From Mobula hypostoma (lineage: Eukaryota): DNA of 64,000 nt. Below, piece after piece: positions 22,101 through 31,989 of the stretch. The position numbers were made by a program, and so were the translations under genes. Location: assembly GCF_963921235.1 (NCBI RefSeq), contig NC_086097.1, positions 151,592,001 through 151,656,000 on the forward strand, given 5' to 3'. Below the pieces are notes generated by a model. It had not been told where the DNA came from. It made no database searches and was given only the letters and a program-made list of their open reading frames with translations. Positions within the stretch are counted from its first letter, which is position 1. The number at the start of each line of letters is the position of its first letter.

Positions 22101-23753
22101 TCTCTGAACATGAAGTATTTGTACTGTTGAGTGGATAACAGCAAGTGATTAATACTTCAATAATTACAGTTGCACAATTTACTTCAATATATTGTGTAAG
22201 CATAACTGTTTCCATAGAATGACATATTTACAATGGGAGAGGATCTCTACTGACAAGGCAATCAAATAAAATTGTTGCAACAAAGATGTTCACATCAATA
22301 TTCTGAAAGCTTCTGAGTGCAATAAAAACACAAGCACTCAGAAATAGCGTTGTGAGGGATAATTCTCTGGCTATAAAATACCCCAATTATTGATTGACAG
22401 AATAAATATGCTTCCAACCATATCTGATACACAAGTGGTAAAATAAACATTCTGGAACCTTCCTTGATCTCCGTCATGATGCTGCTAAATACCTTAGCTG
22501 AAGACAAACACAAGAGATGCAGCACATGCTGGAAGTCTTGAGCAACCCACATAAAGTGCTGGAGGAAAGCTGAGGGTCAGTCAGCATCTATGGAGGGGAA
22601 TAAACAGTCGATGATTTGGGCCAACACTTCATCAGGATTGGAAAAGAAGGAGGGATAAGCTATTCAGAAACAAGAGAAAATCTGCTGATGCTGGAAATCC
22701 AAGCAACAAACAGAAAATGCTGGAGGAACTCAGCAGGCCAGGCAGCATCTATGGAAAAGAGTAAGTCTTTGGCGTTTCTCTCCGAGACCCTTCATCTGGA
22801 CTGGAGAAAAAAGATGAGGTCAGAGTGAAAAGGAGGGGGGAGGGGAGGATGAAATACAAGATATGAACTGGGAGGGGTGAGGGGTGAAGTAAAGAGCCAA
22901 GAAGTCAATTGGTGAAAGAGATAAAGGGCTGGAGAAGGGGGAATCTGATAGCAGAGGACAGAAGGCCATGGAAGAAAAGGAAGGGGGAGGAACACCACTA
23001 GGAGGTGATGGGCAGGTTAGGAGATTAAGTGAGAGAAGGAAATGGGAATGGTGAAGGGGGAGGCAATTACCAGAAGATAAAAAATATAAACCTTTACGCC
23101 ATCAGGTTGGAGGCTACAAGGTGTTGCTCCTCCAACCTGAGTGTGGCCTCAATGTGGCAGTAGAGGAGGCCACGGACTGACATATAGGAATAGGGATGGG
23201 AAGTAGAGTTAAAATGGGTGGCCACCGGGAACTGCTGCCTTTTTCTGGTGATTGGAGCAGAGGTGCCTGGCGAAGCAGCCTCAGCAATAAACAGGACGCT
23301 ACTCTGGGAACACCAGATACAGTAGGTGACTCCAACAGACTCACAGGTGAACTGTCACCTCACCTGGAAGGACCGTTTCGAGCCCTGAATGGTAGTGAGG
23401 GAGGAGGTATAGGGGCAGGTGTGGCACATGTTCCGCTTGCAGGAGTAAGTACCAGGAGGGAGATCAGTGGGGAGGGATGAGTGGACAATGGAGGGAATAA
23501 TTCCTGCAGAAAGCGGAAAGTTGGGGGGAGGGAAAGATGTGTTTGATGGTGGGATTCTATTGGAAGTGGTGGAAGTTACAGAGAATTATGTGCTGGATGT
23601 GGCAGCTAGTGGGGTGGTAGTTGCGGACAAGGGGAACCCTATCACTGGTGGGGTGGTGGGTGGACGGGATGAGGGTAGATTTTCGCAAAATAGAAGTGAT
23701 GCGGGTGAGGGCTGCATTGATGGCAGAGGAAGGAAAACCCCTTTCTTTGAAGG

Positions 23754-23898
23754 GCCATAAGACCATAAGACATAAGAGCAGAATTTGGCCATCTGGCCCA
23801 TTGAGTCTGCTCTGCCATTCAGTCATGGCTGATGCTTTTTTCTATCTCCTCCTCAATGCCAGTTCCCGGCCTTCTCCCCGTAACCTTTGATGCCATGT
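23754..23898 (-). mobile_element. CR1 3'-end fragment
   Basis: (CCATAAGA)n tail plus CR1 3' UTR. Confidence 0.8.
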
Positions 23899-23904
23899 AT
23901 AAAA

Positions 23905-24272
23905 GGATTAGATTAGATTAGATTATGAGAACACTCAGTCCTCATTTATTGTCATTTAGAAACGCATGCATGCATTAAGAAATGATACAATGTTTCTCCA
24001 GAGTGATATCACAGAAAAACAGGACAAACCAAAGACTAACACTGACAGAACCACATAATTATAACATATAGTTACAGCAGTGCAAAACAATACCATAATT
24101 TGATAAAGAACAGACGATGGGCACAGTAAAAATAAGTCTCAAAGTCCCGAGTCCCCGATAGCAGGCGGCAAAGGGAGAAACTCCCTCCCATAAACCTCCA
24201 GGCACCGACAACTGCCGATGCATTGGAAGCACCTGAACACAGCCGACACTGAGTCCTTCCGTCCAAAAACTT
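23905..24272 (-). mobile_element. LINE 3' UTR fragment (Rex1/L2-type) with (TCTAA)n tail
   Basis: attagattagattagattag array next to tttatt (AATAAA on the minus strand). Confidence 0.6.
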
Positions 24273-24369
24273 TGAGGTCATCTCACATTCATTAGAATGA
24301 AAAGTCTCATCCTGAGAGCAGTTACAGCAGAGATAGAAGAATTGAGAGAAAGGGATGACATGTTTACAG

Positions 24370-25570
24370 CAAGCAGAATAAGAAGGTGGGGGAGGGGAAG
24401 GAATGTAAGGTGACGGGTGATAAGTGAAACAAAGGTGGGTGGGTTGTGGGGGGTTGGGGAATGAAGTAAAAAACTGGGACATGATAGGTCGAAGAGGCAA
24501 ATGGCTGATGAAGAAAGAATCTGATAGGAGAGAACAGTAGACCATGGAAGAAAGGGAGGAGGAGGGTCACCATAGGGAGTTGATGAGAAGCTGAGGAGAA
24601 TAAAAAGAATGAGTGGGCAACTAATATGGGGAATGGGAAAAAAGTGAAGGGAGGGGGAGAAAGGATCAAATCTTTAGAGGAATCAATATTCATGCCATCA
24701 GGATGCTGCCCAGATGGAATATGAAGTGTTGTTACTCCAACCTGAGTGTATTGGAAAACATTGTAACACTTTGTTTTTTAAGTGTTTATTTAAGTGTGCT
24801 TTTATTGCGTATCAAGTGTTTATTCAGGTGTTTACTATGCCTTTGCTATGCATGAAGGGTCAGTTATTGAGTGTGTAGGGGATTCCTATGGTACTTTGCT
24901 ATGTAACCATTGATTCATTAGTTAGAATGAAACCTGTGTACTTTTAACACCATGAGAAAGGAATGTAGCGAAGTAAGAGAGATAAGAGTAATTGATTTAT
25001 TAGTTAGAGTGAAACTTACAGCGTATGCTAATGCGAGAAGGGGGGCTATAAAGAATGCTGTGTGAAAAAATAGGCAGGCATTCAGAGGCTAGCCCACTGT
25101 CTGTCTCAGCTTTGATTTGCAAATTAAAGTTTCAAAATTTCTTGGAGAATCTTCGGCGTCTCCTTTGTCATTTGTAAAACCATGACAAGTGTAGCCTCAC
25201 CATTGCAGTAGAGGACTATCAATCTGGAATGGGAACGGGAAATTGAATTGAAATGGGTGACCTCTAGGAAATCCACCTTTTGTTGCAGTCAACATGAAGG
25301 TGCTCAATGAAGAGGTCTCCCAAGCTATGTTGTGTCTCACCAATGTAGGGGAATCCTCACCTGGAGCACCAAACACAGTAGACAGCCCTAAGAGACCTGC
25401 AGGTGAAGTGCTGCTTTACCAGGAAGTATTGTTTGGGGTCCTGAATAGCGGTGAGGAAGGAAGTCTAGGGGCATGTATAACACCTGCCCTTCTTGCAGGG
25501 ATAAACGCCAGGAGGGAGATCAGTGGTGAGAGATGAGCAGACAGGGGACTCACGTAGAGAGTGATAGAGA
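24370..25570 (-). mobile_element. Degenerate PLE 3' part, interrupted by a solo LTR
   Basis: Similar to the reverse complement of 3300-4030; ccaacctgagtg|tagcctca is contiguous across the insertion. Confidence 0.8.
24749..25187 (+). mobile_element. Solo LTR (439 bp)
   Basis: TSD AGTG (24745-24748 and 25188-25191); ends TGACA; TATA box (ctataaag, about 25046) followed by ATTAAA (about 25123); 5' terminus degenerate (TA instead of TG). Confidence 0.75.
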
Positions 25571-25639
25571 GCAGACTAGTTGAAGATGCCTGTTTGACGC
25601 AGACCTATCGTCTTTTTTTTTGGTCATTGCATACTAAAG

Positions 25640-26385
25640 TATAAGAAGAATGGCTGACAAGCAGCAGGCAAAGAATGGATATGAAGGCGGTCTTTCCTAG
25701 TTGGCTGCCATGACTCATGGTGTTATGCAGGGGTAGATGTTGTTACCACTTCTTTTCATGCTATATGTCAATGATTTGGATGATAGAATTGATGACTTTG
25801 TGTCCATATTTGAGGACAATATGAAGATAGCTGGAAAGGGGTAGACTATTATCTAAACAGGGAGAAACTTTCAAAAATTGGAGCCTTAAAGGGACTTGAG
25901 AGTCCTTGTGTAAGATACCCTAAAGGTTATCTTGTGGTTGAGTTTGTAGTAAGGAAGGCCAATGCAATAAGAAATTCATTTTGAGCGGAATAGAACATAA
26001 AGAAGGATGCAATACTGAGGCTTTATAAGGCATTGGCTAGAATGCACTTGGAGTATTGTGAGCAGTTTTGGGTACCTTATCTAAAAATGATGTGCTGGCA
26101 TTAGAGAGGGATGCCCATTTACAACGGAGAAGAAGGGGAATTTCTTTAACCAGCAAGTGGTGAATCCATGGAATTCAGTGCCACAGATGGTTGTGGAAGC
26201 CAAGCATTTAAAGCAGAAGTTGATAGGTTCTGAATTAGTAAGGGCATCAAAGGTTACAGGGAGAAGGCTGAAGAATGTGGGAATGTGTTTGAGAGGTATT
26301 ATAAATCAGCCATGATAGAATGGCACAGCAGACTTGATGGGCTCGCCTAATTCTGTTCCTACGTCATATGATCCTATTGTCTTAG
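25640..26385 (+). mobile_element. Degenerate CR1 3' part with deletions
   Basis: Remnants of YINDLD, HLEYCEQFW and VVNPWNS plus CR1 3' UTR. Confidence 0.8.
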
Positions 26386-27264
26386 GGAAATCATGTCAAT
26401 TTGCAAACCTTATCTCTTCAGTGGCCTAAAGCTATGAACCAGTTGTCAGCCCTCTTCAACAATGCTGCTTGTGTAAACTGGTTCCCTTTTAAATTCAAAA
26501 CTAATTACTTGTTATTGATAGGTAGCTTTTATTTAAAATAGTTTGTGAAGTCTGGTTCTTACTGTATGTGTATTAATGGCTGCTATATCTAAAATTGCAC
26601 GCTCTCTGACAATGGCTGCTTCTCCCTGATACAAGTAAAACAGTATATTTTGGGACATGGCTCCATGAATAGGAATGGTAAATGGATACCTTTTTACCCT
26701 GTTGAATAATACTATTGATCATACACTGAAAGTTTGTAGCCAATATGAATCTGTTTTATAGAAAGTTAATTAAATACCAAGATAAATCTTGTGGGTGATT
26801 AATCAAAAGATGAAATGAGCTGTTTTTCTTTCTTGCAGAACTCTGCTGAGGTCAGTTGCAAACCATTTTTCACCTGGGGGCTTGACCTTTAAAATGATGC
26901 TGGTGGACTCGAGAACATTTAAATAGAGTTGATTAATGATTCTGGGAATTAGGCATTTTTGACTTGAAAACCTCTTGAAGAGTGGATCTTGTTTTCACTG
27001 AAGTAAATAAGTCCCAGTCTTTTTATATACGGTAGTATTGCAAATGGGCATTTCAATAGATTAGCAGAACTGCTAAAATTATTTGTGTGATCTTTTGATC
27101 ATTGGGTCAGGAGAAGTGGCAGCAATGTGGTTGACAGTGGGGCAGAGCTGAACCATGGCAATAGATATAGAAACATAGAAACATAGAAAATAGGTGCAGG
27201 AGTAGGCCATTCGGCCCTTCAAGCCTGCACCGCCATTTATTATGATCATGGCTGATCATCCAAC

Positions 27265-30200
27265 TCAGAACCCCGCTCCAGCCTTCCCTCCATATCCCCT
27301 GATCCCTGTAGCCACAAGGGCCATATCTAACTCCCTCTTAAACATAGCCAATGAACTGGCCTCAACAGTTTGCTGTGGCAGAGAATTCCACAGATTCACC
27401 ACTCTCTGTGTGAAGAAGTTTTTCCTAACCTCGCTCCTAAAAGGCTTCCCCTCTATCCTCAAACTGTGACCCCTCGTTCTGGACTTCCCCAACATCGGGA
27501 ACAATCTTCCTGCATCTAGCCTGTCCAATCCCTTTAGGATCTTATACGTTTCAATCAGATCCCCCCTCAATCTTCTAAATTCCAACGAGTACAAGCCTAG
27601 TTCATCCAGTCTTTCTTCATATGAAAGTCCTGCCATCCCAGGAATCAATCTGGTGAACCTTCTTTGTACTCCCTCTATGGCAAAGATGTCTTTCCTCAGA
27701 TTAGGGGACCAAAACTGCACACAATACTCCAGGTGTGGTCTCACCAAGGCCTTGTACAACTGCAGTAGTACCTCCCTGATCCTGTACTCGAATCCTCTCG
27801 CTATAAATGCCAGCATACCATTCACCTTTTTCACCGCCTGCTGTACCTGCATGCCCACTTTCAATGACTGGTGTATAATGACACCCAGGTCTCGTTGCAC
27901 CTCCCCTTTTCCTAATCGGCCACCATTCAGATAATAATCTGTTTTCCTATTTTTGCCACCAAAGTGGATAACTTCACATTTATCCACATTAAATTGCATC
28001 TGCCATGAGTTTGCCCACTCACCCAACCTATCCAAGTCACCCTGCATCCTCTTAGCATCCTCCTCACTGCTAACACTGCCACCCAGCTTCGTGTCATCCG
28101 CAAACTTGGAGATGCTGCATTTAATTCCCTCATCCAAGTCATTAATATATATTGTAAACAACTGGGGTCCCAGCACTGAGCCTTGCGGTACCCCACTAGT
28201 CACTGCCTGCCATTCTGAAAAGGTCCCGTTTATTCCCACTCTTTGCTTCCTGTCTGCTAACCAATTCTCCACCCACACCAATACCTTACCCCCAATACCG
28301 TGTGCTCTAAGTTTGCACACTAATCTCCTGTGTGGGACCTTGTCAAAAGCCTTTTGAAAATCCAAATATACCACATCCACTGGTTCTCCCCTATCCACTC
28401 TACTAGTTACATCCTCAAAAAATTCTATGAGATTCGTCAGACATGATTTTCCTTTCACAAATCCATGCTGACTTTGTCCGATCATTTCACCGCTTTCCAA
28501 ATGTGCTGTTATCACATCCTTGATAACTGACTCCAGCAGTTTCCCCACCACCGACGTTAGGCTAACCGGTCTATAATTCCCCGGTTTCTCTCTCCCTCCT
28601 TTTTTAAAAAGTGGGGTTACATTAGCCACCCTCCAATCCTCAGGAACTAGTCCAGAATCTAACGAGTTTTGAAAAATTATCACTAATGCATCCACTATTT
28701 CTTGGGCTACTTCCTTAAGCACTCTAGGATGCAGACCATCTGGCCCTGGGGATTTATCTGCCTTCAATCCCTTCAATTTACCTAACACCACTTCCCTACT
28801 AACATGTATTTCACTCAGTTCCTCCATCTCACTGGACCCTCTGTCCCTTACCATTTCTGGAAGATTATTTATGTCCTCCTTAGTGAAGACAGAACCAAAG
28901 TAATTATTCAATTGGTCTGCCATGTCCTTGCTCCCCATAATCAATTCACCTGTTTCTGTCTGCAGGGGACCTACATTTGTCTTTACCAGTCTTTTCCTTT
29001 TTACATATCTATAAAAGCTTTTACAGTCCGTTTTTATGTTCTCTGCCAGTTTTCTCTCATAATCTTTTTTCCCCTTCCTAATTAAGCCCTTTGTCCTCCT
29101 CTGCTGAACTCTGAATTTCTCCCAGTCCTCAGGTGAGCCACTTTCTCTGGCTAATTTGTATGCTACATCTTTGGAATTGATACTATCCCTAATTTCTCTT
29201 GTCAGCCACGGGTGCACTACCTTCCTTGATTTATTCTTTTGCCAAACTGGGATGAACAATTGTTGTAGTTCATCCATGCAACCTTTAAATGCTTGCCATT
29301 GCATATCCACCGTCAATCCTTTAAGTGTCATTTGCCAGTCTATCTTAGCTAATTCACGTCTCATACCTTCAAAGTTACCCCTCTTTAAGTTCAGTATCTT
29401 TGTTTCTGAATTAACTATGCCACTCTCCATCTTAATGAAGAATTCCACCATATTATGGTCACTCTTACCCAAGGGGCCTCTCACGACAAGATCGCTAATT
29501 AACCCTTCCTCATTGCTCAAAACCCAGTCCAGAATAGCCTGCTCTCTAGTTGGTTCCTCGACATGTTGGTTCAAAAAACCATCCCGCATACATTCCAAGA
29601 AATCCTCTTCCTCAGCACCTTTACCAATTTGGTTCACCCAGTCTACATGTAGATTGAAGTCACCCATTATAACTGCTGTTCCTTTATTGCACACATTTCT
29701 AATTTCCTGTTTAATACCATCTCTGACCTCACTACTACTGTTAGGTGGCCTGTACACAACTCCCACCAGCGTCTTCTGCCCCTTAGTGTTACGCAGCTCT
29801 ACCCATATCGATTCCACATCTTCCCGGCTTATGTCCTTCCTTTCTATTGCGTTAATCTCTTCTTTAACCAGCAACGCCACCCCACCTCCCCTTCCTTCAT
29901 GTCTATCCCTCCTGAATATTGAATATCCCTGAACGTTGAGCTCCCATCCCTGGTCACCCTGGAGCCATGTCTCTGTGATCCCAACTATATCATAATCATT
30001 AATAACAATCTGCACTTTCAATTCATCCACCTTATTACGAATGCTCCTTGCATTGACACATAAAGCCTTCAGGCGCTCTTTTACAACTCTCTTAACCCTT
30101 GTACAATTATGTTGAAAAGTGGCCCTTTTTAATGCTTGCCCTGGATTTGTCGGCCTGCCACTTTTACTTTTCTCCTTTGTACTTTTTGCTTCTACGCTCA

Positions 30201-30318
30201 CTTTACAGCCCTCTGTCTCTCTGCACTGGTTCCCATCCCTCTGTTGTGAACTAACCTCCTCACGCCTAGCCTCTTTAATTTGATTCCCACCCCCCAACCA
30301 TTCTAGTTTAAAGTCACC
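27265..30318 (-). CDS. CR1 ORF2: APE-type endonuclease + reverse transcriptase; intact frame but no AUG before the endonuclease
   Basis: NARSI, GITETW, GGGVAL, YRPP, MGDFN, LDWV, SDH, then RT motifs to FADD; frame is open from 30318 (TGA at 30321-30319); the track's start at 30297 is TTG. Confidence 0.95.
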   Translation of the reverse strand, partial: GDFKLEWLGGGNQIKEARREEVSSQQRDGNQCRETEGCKVSVEAKSTKEKSKSGRPTNPGQALKRATFQHNCTRVKRVVKERLKALCVNARSIRNKVDELKVQIVINDYDIVGITETWLQGDQGWELNVQGYSIFRRDRHEGRGGGVALLVKEEINAIERKDISREDVESIWVELRNTKGQKTLVGVVYRPPNSSSEVRDGIKQEIRNVCNKGTAVIMGDFNLHVDWVNQIGKGAEEEDFLECMRDGFLNQHVEEPTREQAILDWVLSNEEGLISDLVVRGPLGKSDHNMVEFFIKMESGIVNSETKILNLKRGNFEGMRRELAKIDWQMTLKGLTVDMQWQAFKGCMDELQQLFIPVWQKNKSRKVVHPWLTREIRDSINSKDVAYKLARESGSPEDWEKFRVQQRRTKGLIRKGKKDYERKLAENIKTDCKSFYRYVKRKRLVKTNVGPLQTETGELIMGSKDMADQLNNYFGSVFTKEDINNLPEMVRDRGSSEMEELSEIHVSREVVLGKLKGLKADKSPGPDGLHPRVLKEVAQEIVDALVIIFQNSLDSGLVPEDWRVANVTPLFKKGGREKPGNYRPVSLTSVVGKLLESVIKDVITAHLESGEMIGQSQHGFVKGKSCLTNLIEFFEDVTSRVDRGEPVDVVYLDFQKAFDKVPHRRLVCKLRAHGIGGKVLVWVENWLADRKQRVGINGTFSEWQAVTSGVPQGSVLGPQLFTIYINDLDEGIKCSISKFADDTKLGGSVSSEEDAKRMQGDLDRLGEWANSWQMQFNVDKCEVIHFGGKNRKTDYYLNGGRLGKGEVQRDLGVIIHQSLKVGMQVQQAVKKVNGMLAFIARGFEYRIREVLLQLYKALVRPHLEYCVQFWSPNLRKDIFAIEGVQRRFTRLIPGMAGLSYEERLDELGLYSLEFRRLRGDLIETYKILKGLDRLDAGRLFPMLGKSRTRGHSLRIEGKPFRSEVRKNFFTQRVVNLWNSLPQQTVEASSLAMFKRELDMALVATGIRGYGGKAGAGF

Positions 30319-30926
30319 TCAGTAGCCCCCGCTAATCTCCCTGCCAGGATATTGGTCCCCCTAGGATTCAAGTGTAACCCGTCCTTTTTGTACAGGTCAC
30401 GCCTGCGCCAAAAGAGGTCCCAATGATCCAAAAACTTGAATCCCTGCCCCCTGCTCCAATCCCTCAGCCACGCATTTATCCTCCACCTCATCGCATTCCT
30501 ACTCTCACTGTCGCATGGCACAGGCAGTAATCCCGAGATTACTACCTTTGCGGTCCTTTTTCTCAACTCCCTTCCTAGCTCCCTATATTCTCCTTTCAGG
30601 ACCTCATCCCTTTTCCTACCTATGTCATTGGTACCTATATGTACCACGACCTCTGGCTCCTCACCCTCCCACTTCAGGATATCTTGGACACGATCAGAAA
30701 TATCCCGGACCCTGGCACCAGGGAGGCAAACTACCATCCGGGTCTCTGGACTGCGTCCACAGAATCACCTATCTGACCCCCTTACTATCGAGTCCCCTAT
30801 CACAACTGCCCTCCTCTTCCTTGCCCTACCCTTCTGAGCTACAGGGCTGGACTCTGTGCCGGAGGCACGGCCACTGTCGCTTCCCCCGGGTAAGCTGTCC
30901 CCCCCAACAGTACTCAAACAGGAGTA
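30303..30926 (-). pseudogene. CR1 ORF1 C-terminal SGNH/GDSL esterase domain (5'-truncated, one premature stop)
   Basis: VIGDSIVRG, CLPGA, VHIGTND and DGLHLN blocks; TGA at 30767-30765 (probable CGA>TGA). Confidence 0.9.
30306..30312 (-). promoter_or_regulatory. Candidate -1 ribosomal frameshift slippery site U_UUA_AAC
   Basis: ORF1 ends ACT TTA AAC TAG; ORF2 continues in the -1 frame; the same TTTAAACTAG occurs at 61759-61750. Confidence 0.65.
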
Positions 30927-30949
30927 TGATTCTGTTCCGCTAATAAAAG

Positions 30950-31960
30950 AATGCCTCTTGTGCAATTGGATCATCAATTTCCTCACTTGCAGACCCCAGT
31001 TAGTTTGGATTGGCAATGACATCTCCTCCACAATCTTCGTCAGCACAGGTACATCACAAGGCTGTGTGTTTAGCCCCCTGCTCTACTCGCTTTACACTTA
31101 CGTCTGTGTGGCTAAGCACAGCTCCAAAGCCATTTTTAAGTTTGCTGATGACACCACTGTCGTAGGCTGAATCAAAGGTGGGAACGAACCAGCAAATAGG
31201 AGGACATATGAAACTCTGGCTGAGTGGTGTCACAACAACAGTCTCTTACTCAATATCACCAAAACCAAGGAAGTGATTATTGACTTCAGGAAGAGGAAAC
31301 TGGGTGACCATGAACCAGTCCTCATCGGGGGATCAGAAGTGGAGAGGGTCACCTACTTCAACTCCTCGGTGTTATCATTTCAGAGGATCTGTCTTGGGCC
31401 CAGTTTATAAGTACAATTACGATAAAACTCGGCAGTACCCGTATTTCCTTAGGAGTTTGCAAAGTGTTGGCATGACATCTAAAACTTCGGCAGACTTCTA
31501 TAGATGTGTGGTGGAGAGTATATTGACAGGCTGCATCACAGCCTTGTATGGAAACACCAATGCCCTTGAATGGAAAATCCTACAAAAACTAATGGATATG
31601 GCCCAGTCCATCATGGGAAAAGCCCTCCCAACCATTGAGCATATCTGCATGGAGCATTGATGCAGGAAAGCAGCATCCATCATCAAGAATCCCCACCACT
31701 CAGGAGATCTTCTCTGTTTGCTGCTGCCATCAGGAAGAAGGTACAGGAGCCTCAGGACTCAGACCGCCAGGTTTCGGAACAGTTATTACCCCTCAACCAT
31801 TAGACTCTTGAGCCAGAGGAGATAAATTTACTTGTCCAATCACTGAACTGTTCCCACAACCTATGGATTCACTTCCATCTCATGTTCTCACCATTTATTG
31901 ATTTATTTATTTATTGACGTGTGTTTATCTGTTTATTTATTTATTATTTTTTATTTCTCT
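30950..31960 (+). mobile_element. Degenerate Rex1/Babar-type LINE 3' part
   Basis: [50 protein letters not shown]-rich tail. Confidence 0.85.
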
Positions 31961-31989
31961 CAACTCAAGCTGGTAAAACCTAAGGTACA

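Larger units (their letters stand above)
22505..24365 (-). mobile_element. Degenerate PLE with two tandem terminal repeats (about 22505-22650 and 22665-22810), interrupted by LINE 3' ends
   Basis: Reverse-complement similarity to 2930-4145; FKERGFPSSAINAAL...VPLV in ORF 23557-23826. Confidence 0.85.
27165..30926 (-). mobile_element. Young CR1 LINE, truncated within ORF1
   Basis: (TTCTATGT)n tail at 27165-27190 (minus strand), intact ORF2 and 3' part of ORF1. Confidence 0.97.

Noticed and set aside
29156..29932. 258-aa plus-strand ORF and similar 134/93/89-aa ORFs
   Set aside because: Antisense or alternate-frame shadows of CR1 ORF2; recurrence only reflects the two near-identical copies
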